A DNA stretch of 64,000 nt from assembly GCA_031378845.1 (NCBI GenBank), contig JANNES010000016.1, positions 51,616 to 115,615 on the forward strand, given 5' to 3'. The notes below the pieces were generated by a model. The model was not told where the DNA came from. It saw only the letters and a list, made by a program, of their open reading frames with translations, and searched no databases. This DNA is from Rhodobacterales bacterium (lineage in GTDB: Bacteria > Pseudomonadota > Alphaproteobacteria > Rhodobacterales > Rhodobacteraceae). The number at the start of each line of letters is the position of its first letter. Within the stretch, counting starts at the first letter, position 1. Made by a program: the position numbers and the translations under genes. Shown in pieces: positions 53,035-62,288 of the stretch.

Positions 53035-54369
53035 CTACATCTCGTCCAAAGCCTCGATCGCCTTTTGCAGTTTGTCTTTGGTCACGGTCTTTTCGCTGAC
53101 CTTGGCCAACGCCACGATGTGATCAACGACCTTGTCCTCGAATATCGGCGCCCGCAACTGCTGTTGCATCTGTGGGTTTTTCTGCACGAATTCAAAGTAC
53201 TGGCGTTCCTGACCGGGATACTGCCGTGCGGCTGCCAGAACAGCTTGCGTCATTTCCGCGTCGGACACCGTCACCTCGGCTTTGCGGCCGATTTCGGCCA
53301 GCAGCAACCCCAGACGGACCCGGCGCTCGGCGAGCGTCTTGTGCTCTTCGGTGGTCTCGACGGAGCCATGATTGTGATCGTGAACGTCCGGATTTTCTTC
53401 GTGCCACAGCTGGTGCGCGATTTGCGCCGCCTCCGCATCGACCAGATTGGCGGGCAGGTCGAACTTGACCATCACGTCCAACTGATCCAAGAGCGACCGC
53501 TTCATCACCGCACGCGCAGCGCCGGTATATTCGGCCTCCAGACGCTCGGCGATCTGGGCTTTGAGCGCTGCGAGGTCAGCGGCGCCGAACTTGGTCGCCA
53601 ACTCGTCGTTGATGTCTGCAGGCTTGGCCTCTTTGACCGCCTTCACGGTGCAGGCGAACACAGCGGCCTTGCCGGCCAGATGCTTGGCACCGTAGCTGTC
53701 GGGAAAGCTCACGTTGACCGTCACCTCGTCCCCAGCCTTGGTGCCGACCAGCTGCGCCTCAAAGCCGGGGATGAACGAGTTGGATCCCAGCACCAGCGGA
53801 TAATCCTCGCCCGTGCCTCCCTCAAAGAAATCGCCGTCGACCGAGCCTTTGAAGTCGATAACGACCTGATCGCCATCTTTGGCCTTGGCACTTTTCTTGC
53901 GCTCTTCGAAATTCTTGGCACTTCCCGCCAGATTTTCCAGAGCCTCGTCGATGGCCGTGTCGTCAGCTTTGACGATCAGACGATCCAGCTTGACCTTGGA
54001 TGCATCCAGTTCAGGGATCGGCGGCAAGGCTTCATAGCTCATCTCGACGACAACATCCTGACCCTCAGCCCAGGTTTCGCCGCCGACCATCTTGACGTCG
54101 GGCTGCAAGGCCGGGCGGTCGCCGGTAGCATCAAAATGCCCCTTCATCGCGCCATCGATGGCCTCTTGCATCGCATCGCCCATGATCCGCTGACCAAACT
54201 GCTTTTTCAGGATCGCCAGGGGAACCTTGCCTTTGCGAAACCCCTTGATCTCGACCTCGGGTTGCGCCTCAAGCAGCTTCTCGTGCACCTTTGCGGCCAG
54301 CTCTGCAGCCGTCACGGTGATCATGTAGCCGCGCTTCAGGCCTTCGTTCAGGGTCTCGGTGACCTGCAT
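53035..54369 (-). CDS. tig: Trigger factor
   Basis: Start at [15 protein letters not shown] (ATG 54369). The F(R/K)KGKVP ribosome-binding motif is present as GFRKGKVP. Confidence 0.95.
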   Translation of the reverse strand: MQVTETLNEGLKRGYMITVTAAELAAKVHEKLLEAQPEVEIKGFRKGKVPLAILKKQFGQRIMGDAMQEAIDGAMKGHFDATGDRPALQPDVKMVGGETWAEGQDVVVEMSYEALPPIPELDASKVKLDRLIVKADDTAIDEALENLAGSAKNFEERKKSAKAKDGDQVVIDFKGSVDGDFFEGGTGEDYPLVLGSNSFIPGFEAQLVGTKAGDEVTVNVSFPDSYGAKHLAGKAAVFACTVKAVKEAKPADINDELATKFGAADLAALKAQIAERLEAEYTGAARAVMKRSLLDQLDVMVKFDLPANLVDAEAAQIAHQLWHEENPDVHDHNHGSVETTEEHKTLAERRVRLGLLLAEIGRKAEVTVSDAEMTQAVLAAARQYPGQERQYFEFVQKNPQMQQQLRAPIFEDKVVDHIVALAKVSEKTVTKDKLQKAIEALDEM

Positions 54370-54543
54370 GGTCTGGTGTCCTTTTTCTTTCATTCCGTCC
54401 GTGCACGCGCACGCAATACCTATCGCGCGCAGGACTTCGCCCCACGCGGGTCGCGCGCCTTCTAGCAACTCTTTCCGGGCGACGTAAGGGGCATTTTGGC
54501 GCGGGCGCGACCACCCGCTCCAAAGACCCATTCGTCACGCAAT

Positions 54544-54562
54544 TGACCCAATCTGACCCAAT
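54544..54562 (+). repeat. Tandem direct repeat TGACCCAAT-c-TGACCCAAT flanked by CAATTG
   Basis: 10-bp period, in the tig/Hint-gene divergent region ~55 nt upstream of the proposed Hint-gene start. Confidence 0.5.
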
Positions 54563-54615
54563 TGTTTCCGGTTTGCGGTGATATCCGGGCGTCGAAATGG
54601 TTGAGAGGACGGCCC

Positions 54616-55683
54616 TTGCCCATCGTTTCAGTTTGGATACTGCAAAAATCGGCGATCACCGTATCGGCCGGCCGGTCTCTGGATGGCATCACGCAAGGTG
54701 ATGGATCACATCTGGTCGGGCGCTCGATCACCTTGAACAGCGCGACGTGGAAAGAGACGTTCATCAACGACAATGACACAACCTTCGATGACAACGACAC
54801 AACACAAAGCCTGTCCGGTGCTCAGACGATCAACGGCGTCACCTATGCGAACGGGACAAGGGTCGAAGCGGAATACACGCTGGTTCTGCGCAACCCGCTG
54901 ACGGGTCTTACCTATACCGCTTATGGCTACAACGTCTCGACCGGAAATCCGGCCTTTGCAACCATCGAGGGCCTCAGCTTTCGCGGCGGTCTCAACGCGT
55001 TTCCGCCAATCGGCACGCCATTGCAGGTCATCAGCGCCGCGGAAGGTCCGGGCTCGCAAGGTCAGGCTGCAAACCTCTACACCAATCTTGCTTATCCCCC
55101 TTGCTTTGCGCACGGGACCCGGATCGAGACGCCGCATGGACCGGAACCCATCGAGACCTTGGGTGTTGGTGACCACGTCCTGACGCTGGATCATGGGGTG
55201 CAGGCCATCCGCTGGGTCGGGCGCATCGCCCTGTCGGCGGGCGAGGTCGCCGCGCAACCCGGTCTGCGGCCGGTCGTCATCGATCCGGGTGCATTGGCAC
55301 AAGGGGTGCCCAACCGCACATTGCGTGTCTCGCAACAACACAGGTTCGTCGTGTCGGGTTGGAAGGCTGATCTCTTTTTTGGCACGGATGCGGTGCTGGT
55401 TGCGGCACGCGATCTCGTCGATGAACGTGGCATACGCCTGGACCGACCGGACCGCGGCGTGATTTATCATCACCTGCTCTTTGACCGGCACGAGATCATC
55501 TGGGCCGAGGGTGCGCAAACCGAAAGCCTCTATCGCCCGGGACTGTCATCAGAAAATTTGCCGGCGGCTCTTTTGGCCGAAGTCGAGGCGCTCTTTCCTT
55601 GTCATTCGGCAAGCCGACATGGTTATGGGCAGGTCGCGCGCACCTGTCTTAGGCCGTGGGAAAGCCAGCTCTTGGTGACGTGA
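54616..55683 (+). CDS. Hint (Hedgehog/intein-like) domain-containing protein
   Basis: ORF 54562..55683 has no in-frame ATG near the 5' end. I propose TTG 54616, 6 nt after GAGAGGA. The N-terminal region contains LDGITQGDGSHLVG, and the Hint module starts at PPCFAHGTRIETPHGPEPIETLGVGDHVLT. Confidence 0.75.
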   Translation: MPIVSVWILQKSAITVSAGRSLDGITQGDGSHLVGRSITLNSATWKETFINDNDTTFDDNDTTQSLSGAQTINGVTYANGTRVEAEYTLVLRNPLTGLTYTAYGYNVSTGNPAFATIEGLSFRGGLNAFPPIGTPLQVISAAEGPGSQGQAANLYTNLAYPPCFAHGTRIETPHGPEPIETLGVGDHVLTLDHGVQAIRWVGRIALSAGEVAAQPGLRPVVIDPGALAQGVPNRTLRVSQQHRFVVSGWKADLFFGTDAVLVAARDLVDERGIRLDRPDRGVIYHHLLFDRHEIIWAEGAQTESLYRPGLSSENLPAALLAEVEALFPCHSASRHGYGQVARTCLRPWESQLLVT

Positions 55684-55768
55684 TGGTGCGGGTGGAGGGA
55701 CTTGAACCCCCACGCCTTGCGGCGCCAGAACCTAAATCTGGTGCGTCTGCCAATTTCGCCACACCCGC
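55684..55768 (-). tRNA. tRNA-Leu (anticodon UAG), type II with long variable arm, CCA encoded
   Basis: Hand-folded: acceptor GCGGGTG/CACCCGC, anticodon stem CCAGA/TCTGG with loop TTTAGGT, variable arm CGCC-GCAA-GGCG, T-loop TTCAAGT. Confidence 0.9.
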
Positions 55769-55990
55769 AACCTGCGCGTCGGTTTTTGTGCCTTCGCGAC
55801 AGGTTTGACCTGCCGCTGGACCACTCCCCCGCTCAGCCGCGCCGTTCTAGCAAAGCCGCAAGGTTGACGCGAGCAGAAAAGCGGCCAAGGCGCAGGCCGC
55901 CGCACCTGTCGGGAAAATGCACGACCAGCACCCCATTCTTGCCACATTGGACGCCGAAAAACACTGGCAAGGTGTGCAAGGGTTGTGCCA

Positions 55991-56479
55991 ATGTCCCAGG
56001 TGTCTCTGAGTGATCTTTTTGCCGATGAAGCGCCGCAGCGGTTGCGTGTTCCGGCCCAGGCTATGGCTGCGGGCACAATGGTTTTGACGCTCGACGGCGC
56101 GCTCCCTGTCCAGTTTCTGGCGATTGGCGACCGCGTGATCACCCGCGCTGGCGCCCGCACGCTCCGCGATGTCACAGTCACCCTCAGTCAAGAGGTGCGC
56201 CTTGTCCGCGTGTCAGCCCGGTCGCTGACCCCCGACAGCCCGCAAGATGACGTGATCTTGCCGCCAGATCAGCCGGTCTATGTGCGCGACTGGCGCGCAC
56301 CTGCCCTGCTGGGCGAGCGTCAGGGCGTTGTTGCCGTGCGCAAGTTGATGGACGGCGAACACATCCGCGCCGAGATTTTTGCCGAAATCCGCCTGTTCAC
56401 CCTGCGCTTTGACCGCGAAGAGGTGATTTATGCGGGCGGGATGGAACTGATCTGCACGCCGGAACTGGCCTTCGCGTAA
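55991..56479 (+). CDS. Small Hint-domain-like protein lacking the N-terminal nucleophile Cys
   Basis: ORF 55985..56479 (GTG), with an ATG at 55991. AAGTMVLTLDGALPVQFLAIGDRVITRAG parallels CFAHGTRIETPHG...GVGDHVLT of the upstream paralog but has Ala at the Cys position. Confidence 0.6.
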   Translation: MSQVSLSDLFADEAPQRLRVPAQAMAAGTMVLTLDGALPVQFLAIGDRVITRAGARTLRDVTVTLSQEVRLVRVSARSLTPDSPQDDVILPPDQPVYVRDWRAPALLGERQGVVAVRKLMDGEHIRAEIFAEIRLFTLRFDREEVIYAGGMELICTPELAFA

Positions 56480-56502
56480 GCCCGTCGAGCGCGCGTTGCA
56501 AT

Positions 56503-56526
56503 AAGCCGCCCTCGGGCGGCTTTTTT
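56503..56526 (+). terminator. Intrinsic terminator (AAGCCGCC ctcg GGCGGCTT + TTTT)
   Basis: Lies between the convergent small Hint gene and nnr. The T-run is on the plus strand. Confidence 0.7.
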
Positions 56527-56536
56527 CATGTGCAGG

Positions 56537-58243
56537 CTAAAGACCCAAGGCGCGGAGCACCTTTGGCAACTCTTCAGGCAGATCCTCGGCGATCAGCCCG
56601 GGACCAAAGCTGCGCGCGCATTCGACATGGAGCCAGGCCGCCGTGCAGGCTGCGTCAAAGGGCGCGAACCCTCGCGCCAGAAGCCCGGTGATGAACCCCG
56701 CCAGAACGTCGCCCGATCCGGCGGTGGCAAGCCAGGGGGCAGCGCGGTCGTAGTGGGCCGCGTTGATGGCACAGCGCCCCGAGGGGTCGGCGATGACCGT
56801 ATCGGCGCCTTTGAACAGCACCACACACCCCGCCCGCGCCGCTGCCTCGCGCGTCGCGTCCACCTTGGAATAGGCGGGGCCCTCGGTCGCGGGCGCGGCG
56901 AGTTTGGCCGCGATGTCGGGGAAAAGGCGGGCGAACTCTCCGGCATGGGGGGTGAGGATGCAGTTGGGGTGAAGGGCCGCGAACAGGGCAGGGTGTTGCG
57001 ACAGGATGGTCAGGGCGTCGGCGTCCAGAACCAGTGCCCCGCGGGTCCCCCTCCCCTCTTTCCTCCCCACAAGGGGGAGGAGAAGCTCTTGACCACCCGC
57101 AGGAACGCCCCGATCAGAGCGCCTCCCCTCCTCCCCGTGGGGAGGGGCCGGGGGCGGGGGGCCACCATGGGATACACCCAACGCCGTCGCCACCAAACCC
57201 ACCGCCCGCGCGTCGAGGCCGAGGCCTGGTCCGAGGCAGAGCACGTTGATCCGTTCGTCAGCAAGAACCTCCGCCAGCCCCGCCCCATCCGCCACGGGTC
57301 GCAGCATGATCGCATCCAACCGTGCCGCGTTTTCCGGCACGGCATCAGGTGGGCATGCGACTGTTACCAGCCCTGCGCCGATGCGGAGGGCACCGCGCGC
57401 GGAGAGGCGCGCTGCCCCGCCATGGCCGGGGAGGCCGGAAAGGATAAGGGCGTGGCCATGGGTGTATTTGTGGCCAAGGACTTGTTTGCCTATTTTAAAG
57501 AAGGGTGCATCGGACAAGCTAAGGGTGCCGTGGCCGATGTTTTGATCTAAGCCAAGCTCCTTGACTACCAATTTTCCGCAATGCCGTGGCCCATCCGTCA
57601 AATAGTGCCCCCACTTAAAGCGGTGGAACGTGACAGTAAGCATGGCTTCGGCAATAAACCCTTCAACCGCCGCCCAACGGGGTTTTTCAAACGCCACCGG
57701 CACGATGGGCCGACCGCTGTCAGAGCATAGGCCTGACGGCACATCGACGCTAACCACCCTGCCGTCCAAATAACCTCTGAACAGATTGCAGAAAACTTCC
57801 GCCACGACACCGGGCAAATGCCTGCTGAGGCCGATGCCAAAAAGTGCATCGACGACAACGTCGAATGTGAGGCCTGGGTGCCTGTCAATTTCGGTGTTCA
57901 ATGCCTCCAAAGCCCCCACCTCCCCCATCCCGACCCACCGCTCATAGTTCACCCGCGCATCCGGCGGCATCCTTTCCGGCGTCCCATACAGGAACACCTC
58001 CACCTGCCACCCCCACGCGCGCAACAGCCGCGCCACCACGAACCCGTCGCCGCCATTTCCGCCCGGCCCGCACAGGACCACCGCCCGGTGCGACGTCGCA
58101 GCCAGCTCCGGCCATTCCTCGAAAATCGCCTCGACCACACCGCGTCCGGCGCGCTCCATCAGCTCCAGGCCCGTGACCTCGCCCGAGGCAAGCGCGGCGG
58201 CTTCGATGGCGCGCATCTGCGCGGCGGTCAGCAATACGGTCAT
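56537..58243 (-). CDS. nnr: Bifunctional NAD(P)H-hydrate repair enzyme (epimerase + ADP-dependent dehydratase)
   Basis: 568 aa with an N-terminal YjeF_N domain (VVLCGPGGNGGDGFVVARLL) and a C-terminal carbohydrate-kinase domain (LDADAL, GSGDVLAG). It contains an extra ~47-codon low-complexity segment. Confidence 0.9.
   Translation of the reverse strand: MTVLLTAAQMRAIEAAALASGEVTGLELMERAGRGVVEAIFEEWPELAATSHRAVVLCGPGGNGGDGFVVARLLRAWGWQVEVFLYGTPERMPPDARVNYERWVGMGEVGALEALNTEIDRHPGLTFDVVVDALFGIGLSRHLPGVVAEVFCNLFRGYLDGRVVSVDVPSGLCSDSGRPIVPVAFEKPRWAAVEGFIAEAMLTVTFHRFKWGHYLTDGPRHCGKLVVKELGLDQNIGHGTLSLSDAPFFKIGKQVLGHKYTHGHALILSGLPGHGGAARLSARGALRIGAGLVTVACPPDAVPENAARLDAIMLRPVADGAGLAEVLADERINVLCLGPGLGLDARAVGLVATALGVSHGGPPPPAPPHGEEGRRSDRGVPAGGQELLLPLVGRKEGRGTRGALVLDADALTILSQHPALFAALHPNCILTPHAGEFARLFPDIAAKLAAPATEGPAYSKVDATREAAARAGCVVLFKGADTVIADPSGRCAINAAHYDRAAPWLATAGSGDVLAGFITGLLARGFAPFDAACTAAWLHVECARSFGPGLIAEDLPEELPKVLRALGL
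57050..57080. repeat. GC-rich palindromic unit 1 inside nnr (CCTCCCCTCTTTCCTCCCC-ACAAG-GGGGAGG)
   Basis: TCCTCCCC / GGGGAGGA 8-bp stem. It is a direct repeat of unit 2, 72 nt away. Confidence 0.6.
57122..57145. repeat. GC-rich palindromic unit 2 inside nnr (CCTCCCCTCCTCCCC-GT-GGGGAGG)
   Basis: CTCCTCCCC / GGGGAGGGG stem with one G-T pair. It shares the CCTCCCCTC...CTCCCC...GGGGAGG layout with unit 1. Confidence 0.6.
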
Positions 58244-58292
58244 GTCGTCCTCAAAGTTTTTAACCTGCCTATTTTGTCACCGTCATGGTTAA

Positions 58293-58745
<453 letters not shown>

Positions 58746-58804
58746 CGCACCAGAACCACCGGGGCCTGCGGGCCTGAAACGAAACACATTAATCAAAGGA
58801 CAGC

Positions 58805-60217
58805 ATGATGAGCGCAGTCAAGAATGCTCTGAAACTGATGAAGGACGAGGAGGTCGAATATGTCGACATCCGCTTTACCGACCCCAAGGGCAAGCTGCAG
58901 CATGTGACGCTGGTGGCCGACCTCGTCGACGAAGACTTCTGGGAAGAGGGCTTCATGTTCGACGGATCGTCGATTGCAGGCTGGAAATCCATCGACCAGT
59001 CCGACATGAAGCTGATCCCCGATCCGGCATCGGTCTATATCGACCCGTTCTATGCCGAAAAAACCGTGTGCGTGCATTGCAACGTGGTGGAGCCAGATAC
59101 GGGCGAAGCCTACAGCCGCTGCCCGCGCCAGACCGCGCTGAAGGCCGAGGCCTTCCTGAAATCCTCCGGCATCGGCGATGCGGCCTACTTTGGCCCAGAG
59201 GCCGAATTTTTCATCTTCGACGACGTGCGCTATTCGGTCACCCCGCGCAAAGTGTCGTATGAAATCGACGCCGAAGCCGCCGCCTGGAACACCGACACCG
59301 TAACCGAAGGCGGCAATTACGGCCACCGCGCGGGCCACAAGGGCGGCTACTTCCCGGTCAACCCGGTGGACGAGGCGCAGGATCTGCGCGGCGAGATGCT
59401 CAGTACCATGAAACGCATGGGCATCCGCGTCGACAAGCACCACCACGAGGTCGCGACCTGCCAGCACGAACTGGGCATGATCTTCGGCGGTCTGGTCGAA
59501 CAGGCCGACAACATCCAGAAGTACAAATACGTGATCCACAACGTGGCCCACGCCTATGGCAAGACCGTGACCTTCATGCCCAAGCCGATGAAGGGCGACA
59601 ACGGGTCCGGGATGCACGTCAACATGTCGATCTGGAAGGGCGGCAAGCCCTTGTTCGCAGGCGACAAATACGCCGACCTCAGCCAGGAGGCGCTGTATTT
59701 CATCGGCGGCATCCTGAAACATGCCAAGGCGTTGAACGCGATCACCAACCCCGCGACCAACAGCTACAAGCGCCTGATCCCCGGCTTTGAGGCCCCGGTG
59801 CTGCGCGCGTATTCCGCCCGCAACCGTTCTGGCTGCGTCCGTATTCCATGGACGGAATCGCCGAAAGCCAAGCGTGTCGAGGCGCGGTTCCCCGATCCGT
59901 CAGCGAACCCCTATCTGGCGTTCGCGGCGCTGATGATGGCCGGTCTGGACGGGATCAAGAACAAGATCGATCCCGGTCCGGCCTCGGACAAGGACCTTTA
60001 CGATCTGCCGCCCGAAGAACTGGCCGAGATTCCGACGGTGTGCGGCTCGCTTCGCGAGGCACTGGAGGAACTGGAAAAAGACCACGACTTCCTGCTTGCA
60101 GGCGACGTCTTCACCAAGGACCAGCTTGAGGGCTACATGGCGCTGAAGTGGGAAGAGGTCTACGCTTTTGAACACACCCCGCATCCGGTCGAATATCAGA
60201 TGTACTATTCTTGCTGA
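58805..60217 (+). CDS. glnA: Glutamine synthetase, type I
   Basis: 470 aa with FTDPKGKLQHV, GSGMHVNMS and the adenylylation-site region NLYDLPPEE, seen here as DLYDLPPEE. Confidence 0.97.
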   Translation: MMSAVKNALKLMKDEEVEYVDIRFTDPKGKLQHVTLVADLVDEDFWEEGFMFDGSSIAGWKSIDQSDMKLIPDPASVYIDPFYAEKTVCVHCNVVEPDTGEAYSRCPRQTALKAEAFLKSSGIGDAAYFGPEAEFFIFDDVRYSVTPRKVSYEIDAEAAAWNTDTVTEGGNYGHRAGHKGGYFPVNPVDEAQDLRGEMLSTMKRMGIRVDKHHHEVATCQHELGMIFGGLVEQADNIQKYKYVIHNVAHAYGKTVTFMPKPMKGDNGSGMHVNMSIWKGGKPLFAGDKYADLSQEALYFIGGILKHAKALNAITNPATNSYKRLIPGFEAPVLRAYSARNRSGCVRIPWTESPKAKRVEARFPDPSANPYLAFAALMMAGLDGIKNKIDPGPASDKDLYDLPPEELAEIPTVCGSLREALEELEKDHDFLLAGDVFTKDQLEGYMALKWEEVYAFEHTPHPVEYQMYYSC

Positions 60218-60258
60218 TCCGCCAGGATCTTTGAGATACTTCCGTGTGTTGAAGGTAC

Positions 60259-60290
60259 GGGGGCTGCTTTCGGGCAGCCCCTTTCTCGTT
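60259..60290 (+). terminator. Intrinsic terminator after glnA
   Basis: GGGGCTGC tttcgg GCAGCCCC followed by TTTCTCGTT. Confidence 0.6.
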
Positions 60291-60383
60291 GGCTGCCATC
60301 GCCGCGCCGCGATTGCGCCGCAATGCTGCCCCGTTGGCCTTCCAGTTTGGGCGTTTGGACTGCACCGTGCACCGGATGGCCTT

Positions 60384-61340
60384 ATGTCGACCCCAAGACC
60401 ACACTCCGATCCCAGCTCGACTGCCCCGAATGACCGACCGCCGATCTGGGTGAATGGACGGCAACGCCCATCGTTTGATCTGCGTGCCTATGGGGCTTAC
60501 AGCGTCATTGCGACCCGCGCCGCGCTCGGCCCCGCACTTGTTCGCGTGTCCGGCTCTGCAACCGGCTTGCAGGCGAAGATTCTGGCCGGCGCATTTGCCA
60601 TCAAGACCCAGCGACTGGGCCGTGCAGCAGCCTATCTGCCGACGCGCCCCGGGATCGCCGCAACCATAGGCAGTCTTGCCACTTTGCTGCAAGAAACCGC
60701 AAGCGTCGTGTCGCCTTCGCCCCCACCACCAGAATCGCTTGAGGCCTATGATGCCTTGTGGCGGTCGCGCAAGCCGCCTGCCTCTGGACGCCTTCGCGGT
60801 GTCAGCCTCGACGAGGTCCGGTTCGACCCCGACCTCAGCGCGCTGCGTGCCGATTTGCCCTTGCGCCCGCAACGTCCGGTGCGTCCCATCGTCGTGGTCA
60901 AAGAGATGACGGAGCCGACACCCGTTGTGCCGGAACCGCCAGACGCGCCGGTCGTATTGACACTTGCCCCGGTAGCAACAGCCCCACTTGTCCCGGCACC
61001 TGCGCCTGCGCCCGAAGAGGCGACCTTGCTGGCCATCCGCGACTTGATCCTGGATGCCGACGCCATTGTACCAACCACCACGCCCGCCCCGGCGGCGGCG
61101 GCCACTGTGGCAACGGCCGCGGCAGGTGCTGCGCCAACAGCCCCGATAGCACCACCCCGGATCAAGCCTCGCAAGCCCCTGCCGGCCTGGACCAAACCGG
61201 TTTTTCGCCATCTGCGCCAAGGGACGGCCTTTGGCCTGGCTTGGGTCCTCATTGTTGCGGCGATGCCGATCGGACTGGTCAAGGCGGGGATTGCGCATCT
61301 GGACGGCCGCGACCTGCGCGACCTGGTACTGGACGAATAG
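60384..61340 (+). CDS. Hypothetical Pro/Ala-rich protein with C-terminal transmembrane helix
   Basis: Start at MSTPRPHS (ATG 60384) within ORF 60168..61340. Codon third positions are host-like. It contains long PAPAP/TTTPAPAAAA tracts and a TM segment (AFGLAWVLIVAAMPIGLV). The opposite-strand ORFs look like GC shadows. Confidence 0.5.
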   Translation: MSTPRPHSDPSSTAPNDRPPIWVNGRQRPSFDLRAYGAYSVIATRAALGPALVRVSGSATGLQAKILAGAFAIKTQRLGRAAAYLPTRPGIAATIGSLATLLQETASVVSPSPPPPESLEAYDALWRSRKPPASGRLRGVSLDEVRFDPDLSALRADLPLRPQRPVRPIVVVKEMTEPTPVVPEPPDAPVVLTLAPVATAPLVPAPAPAPEEATLLAIRDLILDADAIVPTTTPAPAAAATVATAAAGAAPTAPIAPPRIKPRKPLPAWTKPVFRHLRQGTAFGLAWVLIVAAMPIGLVKAGIAHLDGRDLRDLVLDE

Positions 61341-61385
61341 ATCGACAAAAAGTTCGGCGCTCGCCTGCAGCTGCCAACCTCCTCG

Positions 61386-62168
61386 CTAGGCAATCGCCTC
61401 GCGCAGCGCAGCCAGTTCGACTGCGGTCAGGGTTTCAGCCAAAACCACGTAAGTGTGGATCGAAAAGACCACCGCCCGCGTTTGCGGCAGACGGATCAGA
61501 CACTGACGCTCGCAGCGCACAAAGAAATGCCCCATCGGACGCGGACGGCGCTGCCCCTCCAGACGCGGCTGGTGCAGCACATGATCGTCGTAGGTCAGGT
61601 AGTTCATGCGCCACAGGGGCTGATCTGGTCGGATCGCATCAAACATGCGCTGCGCCCTTCGGCCCACATCCTCGCTATAGCGCGCAACACCCTCGTGGAT
61701 CGAAAGCATCGGTCGACCCAGCTTTTGCGACAACGTCCAACTCGCCGGAAAACACAAGATTGCGCCGGTCAGCCGATGACCCTCGGCGCCGCCCTCCATC
61801 AGGCACAGATCCTCCTGAACAAGGCGTCCCAACGTTTTCAGCGGCTGATCGGCGTCGAGATCGACCACCACCCCGTCAGGCCGCGTAACCGAGGTTCGCG
61901 CGATCCGGTAGCTCGGCATCGCCGCAATCTCGTCCAGCACGCGAAGATATAGCTCATCTGCCGCCAAACGTGCCTCGGGCAAGAGTGCATGCACACTTTC
62001 GGGTTGCCCTGCGATCAGGCGATCCCGCTCGCCCATCTGCCCGGCAAAAGCGTCATCAACGGACAGCCAGGCATCGCCTGCCATAGGCAATACGCCGGGC
62101 AAGCGGGCGGTGCGCGGGTCCATCCACGGCAAGAATGGCAAGCGTGATTGCAAGATGGGCGGATGCAT
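61386..62168 (-). CDS. DUF3445 (heme-dependent oxidative N-demethylase alpha-subunit-like) family protein
   Basis: 260 aa. The N-terminal PFLPWMDPRTARLPGV...WL..D and later CLM...LTGA.LCFPS.W patterns are as I remember them for DUF3445. Confidence 0.65.
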   Translation of the reverse strand: MHPPILQSRLPFLPWMDPRTARLPGVLPMAGDAWLSVDDAFAGQMGERDRLIAGQPESVHALLPEARLAADELYLRVLDEIAAMPSYRIARTSVTRPDGVVVDLDADQPLKTLGRLVQEDLCLMEGGAEGHRLTGAILCFPASWTLSQKLGRPMLSIHEGVARYSEDVGRRAQRMFDAIRPDQPLWRMNYLTYDDHVLHQPRLEGQRRPRPMGHFFVRCERQCLIRLPQTRAVVFSIHTYVVLAETLTAVELAALREAIA

Positions 62169-62288
62169 GCGGGTGTCTAGCGGATCCCGCCGCGCGCGGA
62201 AACCCTGTCGGCGACTGTGTCATGTCGTAAAAAGCCTAGCGTCAGGCTGCGCGTCAAGGTCACACTGACGCCAAACCACGAGGCTGCC

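Noticed and set aside
55684-55768. tRNA-Leu as the integration site of a genomic island.
   Set aside because: I found no second copy of the tRNA 3' segment on either side within the window and no integrase. The neighbouring genes (tig, nnr) are core genes.
57038-57178. The two GC-rich repeats in nnr as a mini-CRISPR array.
   Set aside because: There are only two short imperfect palindromic units, they lie inside an intact ORF, and no cas genes are nearby. No CRISPR-like array was seen anywhere in the window.
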